64,000 nucleotides of DNA from a virus. The position numbers were made by a program, and so were the translations under genes. How positions within the stretch are numbered: position 1 is the stretch's first letter; each line of letters starts with the position of its first letter. The DNA lies in IMG/VR virus record IMGVR_UViG_3300027895_000005, positions 38,139 through 102,138 of that record, one strand, 5' to 3'. The notes below the pieces were generated by a model. The model saw nothing but the letters and a program-made list of their open reading frames with translations. It was not told where the DNA came from and did no database searches. Shown in pieces: positions 1-9,479 of this stretch.

Positions 1-1692
1 CGCACCAGAACCTTTCCAGTTCTTCGCCTCGATCTCGAATTCCTTCCCTTCGGGGGTGCGCACCTTGATTCGGCCGTCACCGTCCTTGCTCGCATCCCAA
101 AGTTGCCTCGCCATTGTTTCCGCGCGAACCCATTGCGGATCAGGCGATTCTTTCCCGTCCCCCTTGTCGGGTTCAGGTCGTGGCGTTTCGGTTGGTGCGT
201 CGCCGTTTTTCTCCTCTTCCCCTACCTTGACGCCAGCCTTCTCTCGCCGGTCCTGGATCGTGTACAACCCCTGCAATTCGTCCCATCTGCCCGGCGGCGG
301 ACTCGGCTTCTTCCCCTGCGCCTCCAGTTCGGCGATACGTGCCGCGACCTTCGCATCGGGCCAATTCTGCGCTTTCTCCAGGTCCGCAACCACCCGGGCG
401 CGCAGTTCCGTGGTTGCGGACTTCGAGACGAACACCGACCAGTCCTTCGGGTAAGAGACGGCGTCGGGAGATTTAGCCTCGCCCTTGTCCTTTTCCTTCT
501 CTTCCCCTCCTCCTTCTACCTCAATCATATGATCCAGACGGGAAAGATTCTCCAGTAATCCGATCCGGTGCGGACTGTCCTTCGGCGTTGCGTCCAGCGC
601 CTCGTGCAGGTAGTCCGCGATCTCTTCGAGACGATGAAGCGTCTGCTCGCCGTGCGCGCGGCGGATGCCGCCCAGGGAAGCCCGGGCCTTGGCCTTGCCC
701 TTCGCGGAGAGTCCCGGAGCCGTGTCTTCGTCATGGAACCACTCCGAACGTTCGGTCAGCGCACCCTTGATCTTCTTGCGCAGCTTGTCCTTGTCGGGCG
801 TTCCCCGCTTCGCTCGCTCTTCACGCGCAGCAGCGGATGTGCTGCCCCTGGGCGGGGTGATCTTATCGACGTAGTAGTGTTTGCCGGCCAGCTTGCCGCT
901 CTTGAACGTCCGCTCGATGGCGCCGGGCGTGCCCTTCTTGACGCGACGGTGCTGGAGGGGTTCGTCGGGGTCAGGTGATCCACTTGGATCACCTGACCCT
1001 CCAACGGAAGGCGTCTCTTCCCCGTCTGCCAGGTCAACCGCCATCCATCGGCCGTCCTGCTTCTCGACGGCCCAGCCGTGCGGTTCCAGCTCGTCGTTGG
1101 CTTCGTCAACCTCGGAGGGTGCAGGCGGCTTGCCGGCGTCGGACAGGGCGTTGTAGAGATTGGCGTAGAATCGGGCCAAGGTGTGGGCCTCGATCCAACT
1201 CCCCCCGGACTGACCAGAGATCTTTGCACCTTCGGGAACGCGCGGCGCCTCGTACCGCAGGGCGTCGAGGAAGTTGCCGCGAGCGTGCTGCAGGGGTTCT
1301 TCTTGCGGATAAAGGAACGGACCCTCTTTGCTGATCGGCGTGCGTCTGAATGCCGCAAAGCCCTTGCCGCAACGCGAACATTGCGCGCTGCCGCGAAACT
1401 GTACCCCCTGTCCAGGAATGCCGGTGTATGCATCCCCGCCGCAATACGGGCACTCGTACACCCACAGGCGGCGAGGATCGCCCTCTCGTGCGTGCTGCTG
1501 CGGCTCGTCAGGTGGCGCAGCCTGCTCCGGATGTAGCAGCGCCGCCGCTTCCTCGTCGCTCATCGCGGCAATCCGCGCTGCTTGCTGCTTGGCGATCGCC
1601 AAGCCTTGCTCATCCGTGGCATCGAACAAGAGCGCGAGCATGGCGCTCAGTTTCTCGGCGTGGATGTTGGGTGGTGGTTCCTGTGCGATCAT
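1..1692 (-). CDS. Large head-region protein, partial (>=564 aa, runs off window edge; absent from ORF track)
   Basis: Manual translation from ATG 1692 (TGATG overlap with upstream stop): MIAQEPPPNIHAEKLSAMLALLFD... open to position 1; CPYC..CSRC Zn-ribbon; ends ...EFEIEAKNWKGSGA. Confidence 0.85.
   Translation of the reverse strand, partial: MIAQEPPPNIHAEKLSAMLALLFDATDEQGLAIAKQQAARIAAMSDEEAAALLHPEQAAPPDEPQQHAREGDPRRLWVYECPYCGGDAYTGIPGQGVQFRGSAQCSRCGKGFAAFRRTPISKEGPFLYPQEEPLQHARGNFLDALRYEAPRVPEGAKISGQSGGSWIEAHTLARFYANLYNALSDAGKPPAPSEVDEANDELEPHGWAVEKQDGRWMAVDLADGEETPSVGGSGDPSGSPDPDEPLQHRRVKKGTPGAIERTFKSGKLAGKHYYVDKITPPRGSTSAAAREERAKRGTPDKDKLRKKIKGALTERSEWFHDEDTAPGLSAKGKAKARASLGGIRRAHGEQTLHRLEEIADYLHEALDATPKDSPHRIGLLENLSRLDHMIEVEGGGEEKEKDKGEAKSPDAVSYPKDWSVFVSKSATTELRARVVADLEKAQNWPDAKVAARIAELEAQGKKPSPPPGRWDELQGLYTIQDRREKAGVKVGEEEKNGDAPTETPRPEPDKGDGKESPDPQWVRAETMARQLWDASKDGDGRIKVRTPEGKEFEIEAKNWKGSGA
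968..999. repeat. Perfect 15-bp inverted repeat inside coding sequence
   Basis: gggtcaggtgatcca-ct-tggatcacctgaccc. Confidence 0.9.
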
Positions 1693-4600
1693 CAGCCGGC
1701 CCCTCCAATGGCTTGCTCGATCGGGCCAAGGATCGCCCGGCGAATCGAGTCGATCATCTCACCCTTGCCGCCACGAGCCTCAGCGCCTGGCACATTCTTC
1801 GCGATCGCTCGCAGGTCGTCGGTGGACCGAGATGCAAGCTGCATCTCATCCAGTTTCGATTCCACGTCGGCCCTGACGCGAGCCACGTTGCCGGTGTTGA
1901 TGTGTCCCGCCCTGCCAAGCGCCGTCATCTGGGCGGCCATGTCGTCGTAGAGGCTGCGCGCCCTGGCGGCGTGTTCGTGGGACGCGGTGGCTGGCGCTGG
2001 CGATGGCCCGGGTGTGGGCGTCGCCGGCTGTGCTGGCGTCGGCGGCTTCGCTTCGCCCTTGCCTGCCAACTTCCCCTCGATCCACTTCGCCACCGCAGCC
2101 TTGCCGGTGCGAGGCTGGTCCGCAGCAGGAACGGCGTAGTGATACAACCTGCCCTTCTCTTGCAGGCTCTGGTCTTGCTGTTCCTGCGTGAGTCGGTGGC
2201 TCTCGTTCAGCTTGTGCAACTCGATGAGGCGATGCCGCTTCATCGCCTCGACAACGTGCATGGCATCACCGGCCGACATTGGCTTGCCGGTTCGCTGCTC
2301 ATGCAGTCGCTGGATGTTGGCGGCCACGTCCGGCACGGTTAGCGTGAGGCTCTTGTACAGGGGCGCTTCATCGACGACTTCCGCCACGTCGGCGATATTG
2401 TCGCGCAGGAGGCGGTCGCCGTGTGCGGGGTCGATCAGCGTGGTGCGCTCGCCGCCCAGTCCTTGCGACACCATCAGGCCGTCCTTCTGCGACACGACCT
2501 TGCTGCCCGGAGGCGGCTTCAAGCTGGGGGCGGATGGCGAGACGGGCGCGGGCGCGGGCGCTGCCGGCTTTGGTGGTTGCGGTTGCTCCGCTGCCGGTTG
2601 CTCCTGCTTCCGGCTCACATAGTGGATCGGATTTGTCCCGCCGACGTCCATTGCCGCCTGTGCAAGCTTCGGGTCGGTCTTACCCCGCGCCTCGTGCGTC
2701 GTGCCGGTGAGCGTCTTGCCCAGGTGCGGCCGGATGGCGTCGTGCAATTGCTCCCGCGAAAGGCCGGTCTCCTGCTGGAGCGCGTGGAGCGGAATAAGTC
2801 CGCCCGGGTGCCTGTCGTGAAGTTCTTCGACAGCGTCCATCACGGCGCGTTGATGGCCCGTCTTGACCTCCTCGGGGGTCTTCTCCTTCCGCTTGACCGG
2901 CTTGTACATGTCCGATCGCACGTTCAGGCCGTGTACCGTGTCGATGCGGCTCTTGAGTTCGTTGCGCAGTTTGTCGGTGGTCATCGACTGGCCGCCCTTG
3001 AACTTGAGAGCGTCAGCCGAACGCAGGAGATCCGCCTTGCTCATCCCGTCGAGGACGCTGGCCGCTCCCTTTACATCTTCGGCGGTCCATGAGTCGGGAC
3101 CGCTGTCCCACATCTTTCCCAGGTGAGCGACGGCGTCGTGGGTTGTGGCGGCGTGGTCGGGTGCGACAGGCTCGACATGCATAAACGTCTCACGTTCACC
3201 CGGTACACCGCGAAGGATGTCTTCAGGCGAATGTTTGCCGGCCAGTAAACCTGCGGCAACCAGGCGAACCTTGTCATCTCGTCGCAATCCACGCAGGGCG
3301 TCGTCGAACTCTCTCCGCGAGGCGTCCACCTTGTTGCGCAGAGCCGGAATGTTGACCATGCCGCTCGCGTCCTTTGGAGCGTCCTTCATGGCCTCCTGAA
3401 CGCTCTCTTGCACCTTCGCCAGTCGCTCAGGAGAGGGGCGCGGCTCGCTGTAGACCGGCGTCTGCTCTGCCCTGCTCCGTTCGGCGTCCGACTTCTCTTG
3501 CGCCGACCACTGGCTGGCGTCGTGGGTTGTGGCGGCGTGATCCTTCGCGGCCGGCTTCACCGCGGGCAGTTCTTGCGGGACGGGCGCGGGGGATTGCTTC
3601 AATCCCCCCGCTTCGGCGTCACCTCGTTGGGCGTTTGCGGTTTTTCCTGCTCCTTTTCCGGGAGGAACTTCCAACTCAGAGGATCGCCCTGCGTGAACCG
3701 GCTTTCCCGCACCGGCTTCTCCTCGTCCGGCTGGTTCGTCAACGGTTTGTTCGAGTTCGACATGGTAACTCCCGTTCTCGTTCTTGAAGCTCTTGACGCG
3801 GAACTTGCTGTTGTGGTTGAGGAGAAGCTCCCACTCCTCCGGGACGACTGCGTAGGGCTTCACGTCCAGCCCGTGCCGCGCGGCAATCGTCATGGAAAGC
3901 TGATTCTGCTTCCCAAAGCCGAAGTCGCTCCGCGCCAGCTTCTCGTCCGTGGTGGTGGACTGATAGCCGGGTAGCTGAATCTCGCCCCCGCCATTCGCTG
4001 CCTTTTCTAGTTTACGCAGGAACGTGGCCTTGTCTGCCGACTTCATGCTCTTCATGTCGATGCCGCGATAGACGTTGACCGGCTTGTCCATTGGTGGAGA
4101 CTTGGCGAAGGCCTTCTGGAGGTTCTCATGAATACGGCGGATATCCGGATCAGAAGGCTGGCCACCCTTGTAGAGGGCGCTGTTCAGGTCGCGGAAAACC
4201 TCCTCTTCGGAGTACCGCTCCAGAGCATCCTTCTCCCCTGCCTCCAGCGCCGGCCGCGTGAAGTCGGGCAGGTAAGGCGACGGCGCCATCGCGTGTGGGT
4301 CGTCCGACGGCTTCGGCAGGGACGCCGGTTTGAAGCTGGGCCGATCGTCTGGCTTGGCCTCGGGATGCACCGCAGGCGCTTGCGGCGGCGCAACTGGCTC
4401 AGGAGCAGCAACCTCTGGCCGGGCGATTGGGGCTGGTTCAGGCTTCGCTGCTGGCGCTTCGGCCGGCCTCTGCGGCGCTGGCTGGTTCGCCCCTCCTCGC
4501 TTCGCTTCCAGTTTCGCCTTCAACCCCTCGATATCCGTCAGGTCGTGGCCGTGCAGGTCGTCCCCCAGGATCGCGTGCAACGCTTCGTAGGCTTGCTTGT

Positions 4601-5261
4601 ACCGGGGGTTGGCGTCCGGGGCGGGTTGCGCCTGTGCGCTCGCTGGCGTTGCCTTCTTGCGTGCGGGAACGGGCCTCTCGCCCTTGACGTGCTTCACCAG
4701 TTCGTCCGCGAGCGATCCCTTGCGCAGTCCGCTCGCACCCTTGACCTTGAGCGCCTTTCTCATCGTGTGGAGCTGGGCAATCGTCATCGTCGCCATCTTG
4801 CCGGCCACGCCTTGCACCATCTCTGGCGTCACGTCGGCAGCGTTGATCGCTGAGAGAGCGTCGGCAACGTCCTGCTCGGTCGCTTTGGCCGGACGCGGGG
4901 CCGGGGCGGGCTTGGGCGCAGCGGTTTTGCGTTCCTGGGGCGGCGCGTCGAAGTATCGGACCGTCCCTTGCTCGTTGATGTATCTCTTGTCACTGAACGG
5001 TTTGCCGGTCTTGCTCGTGCCGCCTGCTTTCGTCCAGGCGTATTGCAGCACGTCGGCCAGCACGCCGTGACCGGAACCGCGCATCAGTTGCAGCGGCCCG
5101 AACTCGTCAGGGGAGAGCGGTTCGTCGGGCAATGAGCGTACAGACGCCAGCGCCGCCGCTTCGTCGATGAACGCTAGCACGTCGTCGGGCAAGACGTCGC
5201 CTTGCGGGGCGCGCAGAACCGCGTCCAGAATAGCGTCAGCGGCGTCGTACAGGTCAGGCAT
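1692..5261 (-). CDS. Large multidomain protein with VIP2/exoenzyme-type ADP-ribosyltransferase domain (approx. 3746-4230)
   Basis: R-S-ExE motifs VYRG, YQSTTT, PEEWELLL; start chosen at MPDLY (5261), coupled to upstream stop; Pro/Ala linkers, repeated helical modules. Confidence 0.85.
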   Translation of the reverse strand: MPDLYDAADAILDAVLRAPQGDVLPDDVLAFIDEAAALASVRSLPDEPLSPDEFGPLQLMRGSGHGVLADVLQYAWTKAGGTSKTGKPFSDKRYINEQGTVRYFDAPPQERKTAAPKPAPAPRPAKATEQDVADALSAINAADVTPEMVQGVAGKMATMTIAQLHTMRKALKVKGASGLRKGSLADELVKHVKGERPVPARKKATPASAQAQPAPDANPRYKQAYEALHAILGDDLHGHDLTDIEGLKAKLEAKRGGANQPAPQRPAEAPAAKPEPAPIARPEVAAPEPVAPPQAPAVHPEAKPDDRPSFKPASLPKPSDDPHAMAPSPYLPDFTRPALEAGEKDALERYSEEEVFRDLNSALYKGGQPSDPDIRRIHENLQKAFAKSPPMDKPVNVYRGIDMKSMKSADKATFLRKLEKAANGGGEIQLPGYQSTTTDEKLARSDFGFGKQNQLSMTIAARHGLDVKPYAVVPEEWELLLNHNSKFRVKSFKNENGSYHVELEQTVDEPAGRGEAGAGKPVHAGRSSELEVPPGKGAGKTANAQRGDAEAGGLKQSPAPVPQELPAVKPAAKDHAATTHDASQWSAQEKSDAERSRAEQTPVYSEPRPSPERLAKVQESVQEAMKDAPKDASGMVNIPALRNKVDASRREFDDALRGLRRDDKVRLVAAGLLAGKHSPEDILRGVPGERETFMHVEPVAPDHAATTHDAVAHLGKMWDSGPDSWTAEDVKGAASVLDGMSKADLLRSADALKFKGGQSMTTDKLRNELKSRIDTVHGLNVRSDMYKPVKRKEKTPEEVKTGHQRAVMDAVEELHDRHPGGLIPLHALQQETGLSREQLHDAIRPHLGKTLTGTTHEARGKTDPKLAQAAMDVGGTNPIHYVSRKQEQPAAEQPQPPKPAAPAPAPVSPSAPSLKPPPGSKVVSQKDGLMVSQGLGGERTTLIDPAHGDRLLRDNIADVAEVVDEAPLYKSLTLTVPDVAANIQRLHEQRTGKPMSAGDAMHVVEAMKRHRLIELHKLNESHRLTQEQQDQSLQEKGRLYHYAVPAADQPRTGKAAVAKWIEGKLAGKGEAKPPTPAQPATPTPGPSPAPATASHEHAARARSLYDDMAAQMTALGRAGHINTGNVARVRADVESKLDEMQLASRSTDDLRAIAKNVPGAEARGGKGEMIDSIRRAILGPIEQAIGGAG

Positions 5262-5526
5262 CGATCGGCTCCGGGTTGCGGCTGATCTTCTCCCGGATCG
5301 TGGCATGAACGTCGGGAATGGCCTCCAGTCGCAGCTTCATGGCGGTTGCCTGTTCCAGGGACGAGACTACCCACCCGTGCTCACGCCCACACTTTTGCAT
5401 GCACGGGTCGCCATTACCACAACCGGCTCCGGAGAAGTCGCTGTGCCGTCCGGCCGCTTGAACGATTTCCTCATCGCGGGCCAGCCAATCGGCGTCCATC
5501 TTGCTTTGCGTTCGCACCTCAAACAT
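5254..5526 (-). CDS. Hypothetical protein (90 aa, MFEVRTQSK...)
   Basis: Overlap-coupled between portal and ART gene. Confidence 0.6.
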   Translation of the reverse strand: MFEVRTQSKMDADWLARDEEIVQAAGRHSDFSGAGCGNGDPCMQKCGREHGWVVSSLEQATAMKLRLEAIPDVHATIREKISRNPEPIDA

Positions 5527-5665
5527 TGCCCTGTTCCTCGTCCTCTGGCTTGGCCGGCTGGGACTGCGCCGCCTTCTTCCGCGCAGACACTTCCTCCGCT
5601 CGCTTGTCCCACGCAGCCTCAGCGGCTTCCTCTTGCTCATCTGTCAACTGGATCTCGTCGCTCAT
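5519..5665 (-). CDS. Small acidic hypothetical protein (48 aa, MSDEIQLTDEQ...)
   Basis: ATGA overlap with portal stop. Confidence 0.6.
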   Translation of the reverse strand: MSDEIQLTDEQEEAAEAAWDKRAEEVSARKKAAQSQPAKPEDEEQGNV

Positions 5666-8600
5666 GATTTGCCCTTGTTCTGCTGCATGTAGTTTTGCAG
5701 CGTCTGGTGACTGCGCGACCCTTCCGTCAGATCGAACTTGGCGTGATAGAGCGGCCCGCCGTTGACCTTCCACCAGTCGCGGCCGTTGATCTTCTCGCGG
5801 CGCTTCGCCGGTTTACCAAGCTTCACGTCCAGCTTGGCGCACTCACTGCGAACGTGTTCGGCCGCTTCTTCGGATAACTCTACTTCCTTTGTATCGTATA
5901 TGTCGAGTACGCTCTGGGCGTCGGGGAACGTCTCGCGGATGCGCTGCGTCAGCTTGGGCCGGTCTTTGGCGATACTCTCGACGCTCTCGTCATAGCCGAA
6001 CAGCGGCCAGGTGTAATAACCGTTGTAATCGCCGCCGTGGGCCGCGTGCGTCTCGATGTAGGCTACTCCAGCGCGGGCGCACGCTTCCACCTGCCCGGAG
6101 AATACCTCCAGACCCATACCGTCGCCGCGATGTTCGGGCTTCAAGACGAAGACGTCGTTGTGGCAGTACACCTCGCCGTTGCTGTTGGTCTGGAACGTGC
6201 GGGTGCATTCTTCGATCTTGGGGTGCTTGACTTCGATCTCGATATCGCCGCTGCCGTCGAGGCTGACCTTGACCTTGGCCCCTTCGGGCGCGCCTACCAG
6301 GACGTCGGCGTCGTCGAAGTCAGGAGGGCTGGGAAGATCCTCGAAGAGGCGATCCCAGACCTTCTGAGCGCCAGCGTAAGGGCCATCATCATCGTCGTCT
6401 GCAACTTCGTCGTCCTCATCATCTTCGGGAGCCTCCTGATTGTTCTCTTCCGCGAAGTTCTCTCCGGCGCGCTCCGCTTCGCCGCGGTCAGCGGTCCACT
6501 CGCCCCTGTCGCCCACATAACCGTCATCATCTCCCCACGACTCCCAGCGATAAACGGTCTCAAGGTCGCCTTCGGTAGAGTCTGGGTTGGGATCGTAGGT
6601 TCCCTCCGCAATGCGAATGCTCTGCGGGTAGTGATTCCCTTCATCGTCATAGAAGTCCCAACCACAGTGGCGCTCACCCCTACGCCTTTCCGGTTCGACA
6701 GCATCCTGGTCGATCACGCCATCCCACTCAAACGGTTTGGCCTCTTTCTTCTTTGGCTTCTTGTCCTTGGTCTTCGTCTCGCCGCCGCCGCTACCCGTGC
6801 TCACGAACTCCCCGCCGTGCGGCCCCTTGCCCGCGTGTTCGTGCCCCTGCTTGTCCTTGACATACCGCCCGGGGTTCATACGCCGCTGATACTGCTCCAG
6901 CACCTTATCGGCCAGATCCTCACGCCCTGCCGCGCGCAGGCGGGCCAAGACGGGCGTCAGGCGGGCGTAGGGGGATGGTTCACTTCCCACGGTTGAAAGT
7001 GGGATCACGGTTTCCTTGCCGTCGCGGTCGGCATCCTCCCTGTCGTACCGAAGCGCCAACCGCTCCACGCTCTCGCGCATGTTCCGCAGCGCGTCGAGGA
7101 AGTCGCCCTTGTCGGCGTCAGGATCACCACCCTCACCAGCAGCGGCCTGCTGTGCGGCAGCGTCGTCGCCGGCCGGTTCCGCTGGATTTCCGCCCTCCGG
7201 GCCACCACCCCCGGCACCGCCCATCAGCGCCGCCATCGGGTCGCCGCCCGGATCACCAGGGGCAGCGCCGGGCGCGCCAGGCGGTTGCGGCGGTTCGATG
7301 AGTTCATCACCGTCGGCTGGCTTGCTCACGCCGCCAAAGGCTCGGCCATCGTCTGCCTTGATTTTTACTCCTAGGTCCACAAGCGTCTTGAGACCGGCCA
7401 GTTTTTCGGCCGACTCTTGCGTTTCGGTCTTGAACGCCCACCACACCGGGAACTTCGCTTCGGGGTAGGTATAGCGCTGCATGGTGTTGAGCAACGACGG
7501 TTCCAGGTCGTTGCCCGTCAGCGCTTCGGCGCACCATGCGGCATCTTGCAGGGTGATGTTCCTCTTCGTCTCTTGCATGAACGAAGCAGACTCATGGTTG
7601 CTGTGTCCGCTGGCGCTTGTGGCTGACGAACTACCCTCTTGCCCTACCACACATCGCTCAATGGCCTTGTCGGCGTACTCGATCATCTTGAGTAGGAAGT
7701 CACAGCCAGTCGTCGGCACCTCGATGCGCTGGATGGTGTCGATATCTTCCTGCCCAGGGATGACAGGGACGAAGAGATTGGCCCTATCGGTGTTCTCCCG
7801 GGCGGCTTGCTGCACCGCAGCCAGAGACTCCGGATTGCCCGACTGATACCGCCAGAGGTTGATGCCCAGTCCAACGCGCGAGATGAAGTTGGTGATGTCG
7901 CCGAGCCAGTCTTTTTTGATCCAGTCCCACCAGAAGATGTGAGACCGGACACCGACACCATGCACCGCTTCGGCCTCTTCGCTGGCAAAGAAATCCCTTG
8001 CCTCCATGTACCATTTGGAGATGAAGAACCGCTCGCGCCACGTTCCCCTAAGAGACAGACCTGTACCGCCGACGCTGGTGGTCAGCAGTTGCGCGCCGGG
8101 CAGGCGATAGGCTTCGGCAGGGTTGACTAAAATGTACGGCGTGCCGTCGAGCTGGTGGCCGATGCTGTCGCCGTTGATGGGCCAGGCCTGACGGATGGTG
8201 ATGCCCGTGCGCTCCTTGTGGGGAGCGCCAAGTTGTTCCATGCGGCTCTGGTGCGCCTTCACGGCGGTCTTGTCGGTCGGGTCGTCCTGCATCGCCTGTT
8301 GCAGATAGCGAAGAACCCGGTCTTGCCTCATCATCTGCTGTGCAGCGGCCGGCAAAGGTTCGGCTGGTTTCGCCGGGTCGTCTCGCACCAGGCATTTCGT
8401 CCACTCGACCTGCACGCCGTAACGGCCGAACCAGATGGCTTCCAGCAGCCACGGGATGATGCGCGGCAACTGCCGGACGCCCTTGACGAGCCTGGTCAAG
8501 CCGTCGCGGACGCGCACCTGCTCAGGGTCTTTTTCGTCGGGGACTTGTAGTTCCCAGGGAAGGTTGGCAGCAGCGAGGATGCGCTCTTGAAGAAGCGAGC

Positions 8601-8856
8601 GGAGCCAGCAGTCGTGGCGCATGTCCTCGGCGGAGTCGCGAGCATGGCGTACAGCTTCGTCGTAACGCGCCTGCCAGTTGGTATTGTCTCCCCCGGTTAT
8701 CCTTGAAATGAACAAAACGCCGTTCGGAAGCGCGATTCCGCCGGGACGTGCGTCACCATCGGGAATGCGGTCGCGACGGTCATCCTGCCAGGGGCGGCCG
8801 TCAGCCCCGAGGATGCGTGGTTTACCATTGAGGTAGGGGGCGGTAAGGGTCGCCAT
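5662..8856 (-). CDS. Portal protein (DUF935/Mu gp29-like) with C-terminal extension ending in a GNAT-like domain
   Basis: N-half LLEAIWFGRYGVQVEW, MIEYADKAIERCVVGQ; downstream of terminase; C-term HNDVFVLKPEHRGDGMG...NGYYTWPLFGYD. Confidence 0.8.
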   Translation of the reverse strand: MATLTAPYLNGKPRILGADGRPWQDDRRDRIPDGDARPGGIALPNGVLFISRITGGDNTNWQARYDEAVRHARDSAEDMRHDCWLRSLLQERILAAANLPWELQVPDEKDPEQVRVRDGLTRLVKGVRQLPRIIPWLLEAIWFGRYGVQVEWTKCLVRDDPAKPAEPLPAAAQQMMRQDRVLRYLQQAMQDDPTDKTAVKAHQSRMEQLGAPHKERTGITIRQAWPINGDSIGHQLDGTPYILVNPAEAYRLPGAQLLTTSVGGTGLSLRGTWRERFFISKWYMEARDFFASEEAEAVHGVGVRSHIFWWDWIKKDWLGDITNFISRVGLGINLWRYQSGNPESLAAVQQAARENTDRANLFVPVIPGQEDIDTIQRIEVPTTGCDFLLKMIEYADKAIERCVVGQEGSSSATSASGHSNHESASFMQETKRNITLQDAAWCAEALTGNDLEPSLLNTMQRYTYPEAKFPVWWAFKTETQESAEKLAGLKTLVDLGVKIKADDGRAFGGVSKPADGDELIEPPQPPGAPGAAPGDPGGDPMAALMGGAGGGGPEGGNPAEPAGDDAAAQQAAAGEGGDPDADKGDFLDALRNMRESVERLALRYDREDADRDGKETVIPLSTVGSEPSPYARLTPVLARLRAAGREDLADKVLEQYQRRMNPGRYVKDKQGHEHAGKGPHGGEFVSTGSGGGETKTKDKKPKKKEAKPFEWDGVIDQDAVEPERRRGERHCGWDFYDDEGNHYPQSIRIAEGTYDPNPDSTEGDLETVYRWESWGDDDGYVGDRGEWTADRGEAERAGENFAEENNQEAPEDDEDDEVADDDDDGPYAGAQKVWDRLFEDLPSPPDFDDADVLVGAPEGAKVKVSLDGSGDIEIEVKHPKIEECTRTFQTNSNGEVYCHNDVFVLKPEHRGDGMGLEVFSGQVEACARAGVAYIETHAAHGGDYNGYYTWPLFGYDESVESIAKDRPKLTQRIRETFPDAQSVLDIYDTKEVELSEEAAEHVRSECAKLDVKLGKPAKRREKINGRDWWKVNGGPLYHAKFDLTEGSRSHQTLQNYMQQNKGKS

Positions 8857-8888
8857 ACCCGTAGGATGGCGTCAGGCTGGACAAATGG

Positions 8889-9479
8889 TCAAAGGGAACG
8901 TGAAGCAAGCACCGCAAACTCCAAATCCACTTCCGCCCAAAACTGCACCCTTTCCACTTCCGTCAGGCACAACAACTCGCCAGGCTTGCATTCCGCGATT
9001 CGGCGCACCAGATCGACTGCCGCCGAGTCCCCATCGCGAATTGCTCGCTCGACATCCAGAGGGGCGAAGTTCGCGTTTCGGCGGTTAACCGGCAGTGACT
9101 CCACTGCGGCGATGATTGCCTGGTACAGCCCCTTTTCCCGCATCATCGTTTTCAGTTTCCGGGCTAGATCCAGGATCACCCCGGCCGCACTACGGTGACC
9201 GATGGTGTTATACCTTGCAAAGGTGGGTCCAGGGCGCCGCGGAAGGTCCGGCGGCTCTCCCTGCCGACAGGACGCGAGGGCGTCCAGGACGGCTTCCTCT
9301 TCCGCGTAGGGAAGATCGCCCCACAAGCCGCCATCTACCGCCCAGAGCACCAGGACCATCGCCTGTCGTTCGGGCGACAGGGCTTCCGATTCCTCGTTCG
9401 GGAGCCAGTCAACCGATGCGCCGATCCGCGTGCGGAAAGCTTTGACCATTTCAGGAGTGACGACGACTTTGTCAGACAT
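8889..9479 (-). CDS. Hypothetical protein
   Basis: 196-aa ORF, operon-coupled. Confidence 0.65.
   Translation of the reverse strand: MSDKVVVTPEMVKAFRTRIGASVDWLPNEESEALSPERQAMVLVLWAVDGGLWGDLPYAEEEAVLDALASCRQGEPPDLPRRPGPTFARYNTIGHRSAAGVILDLARKLKTMMREKGLYQAIIAAVESLPVNRRNANFAPLDVERAIRDGDSAAVDLVRRIAECKPGELLCLTEVERVQFWAEVDLEFAVLASRSL

Noticed and set aside
968-999. Diversity-generating retroelement hairpin
   Set aside because: No reverse transcriptase and no TR/VR pair with A-specific mismatches in the window
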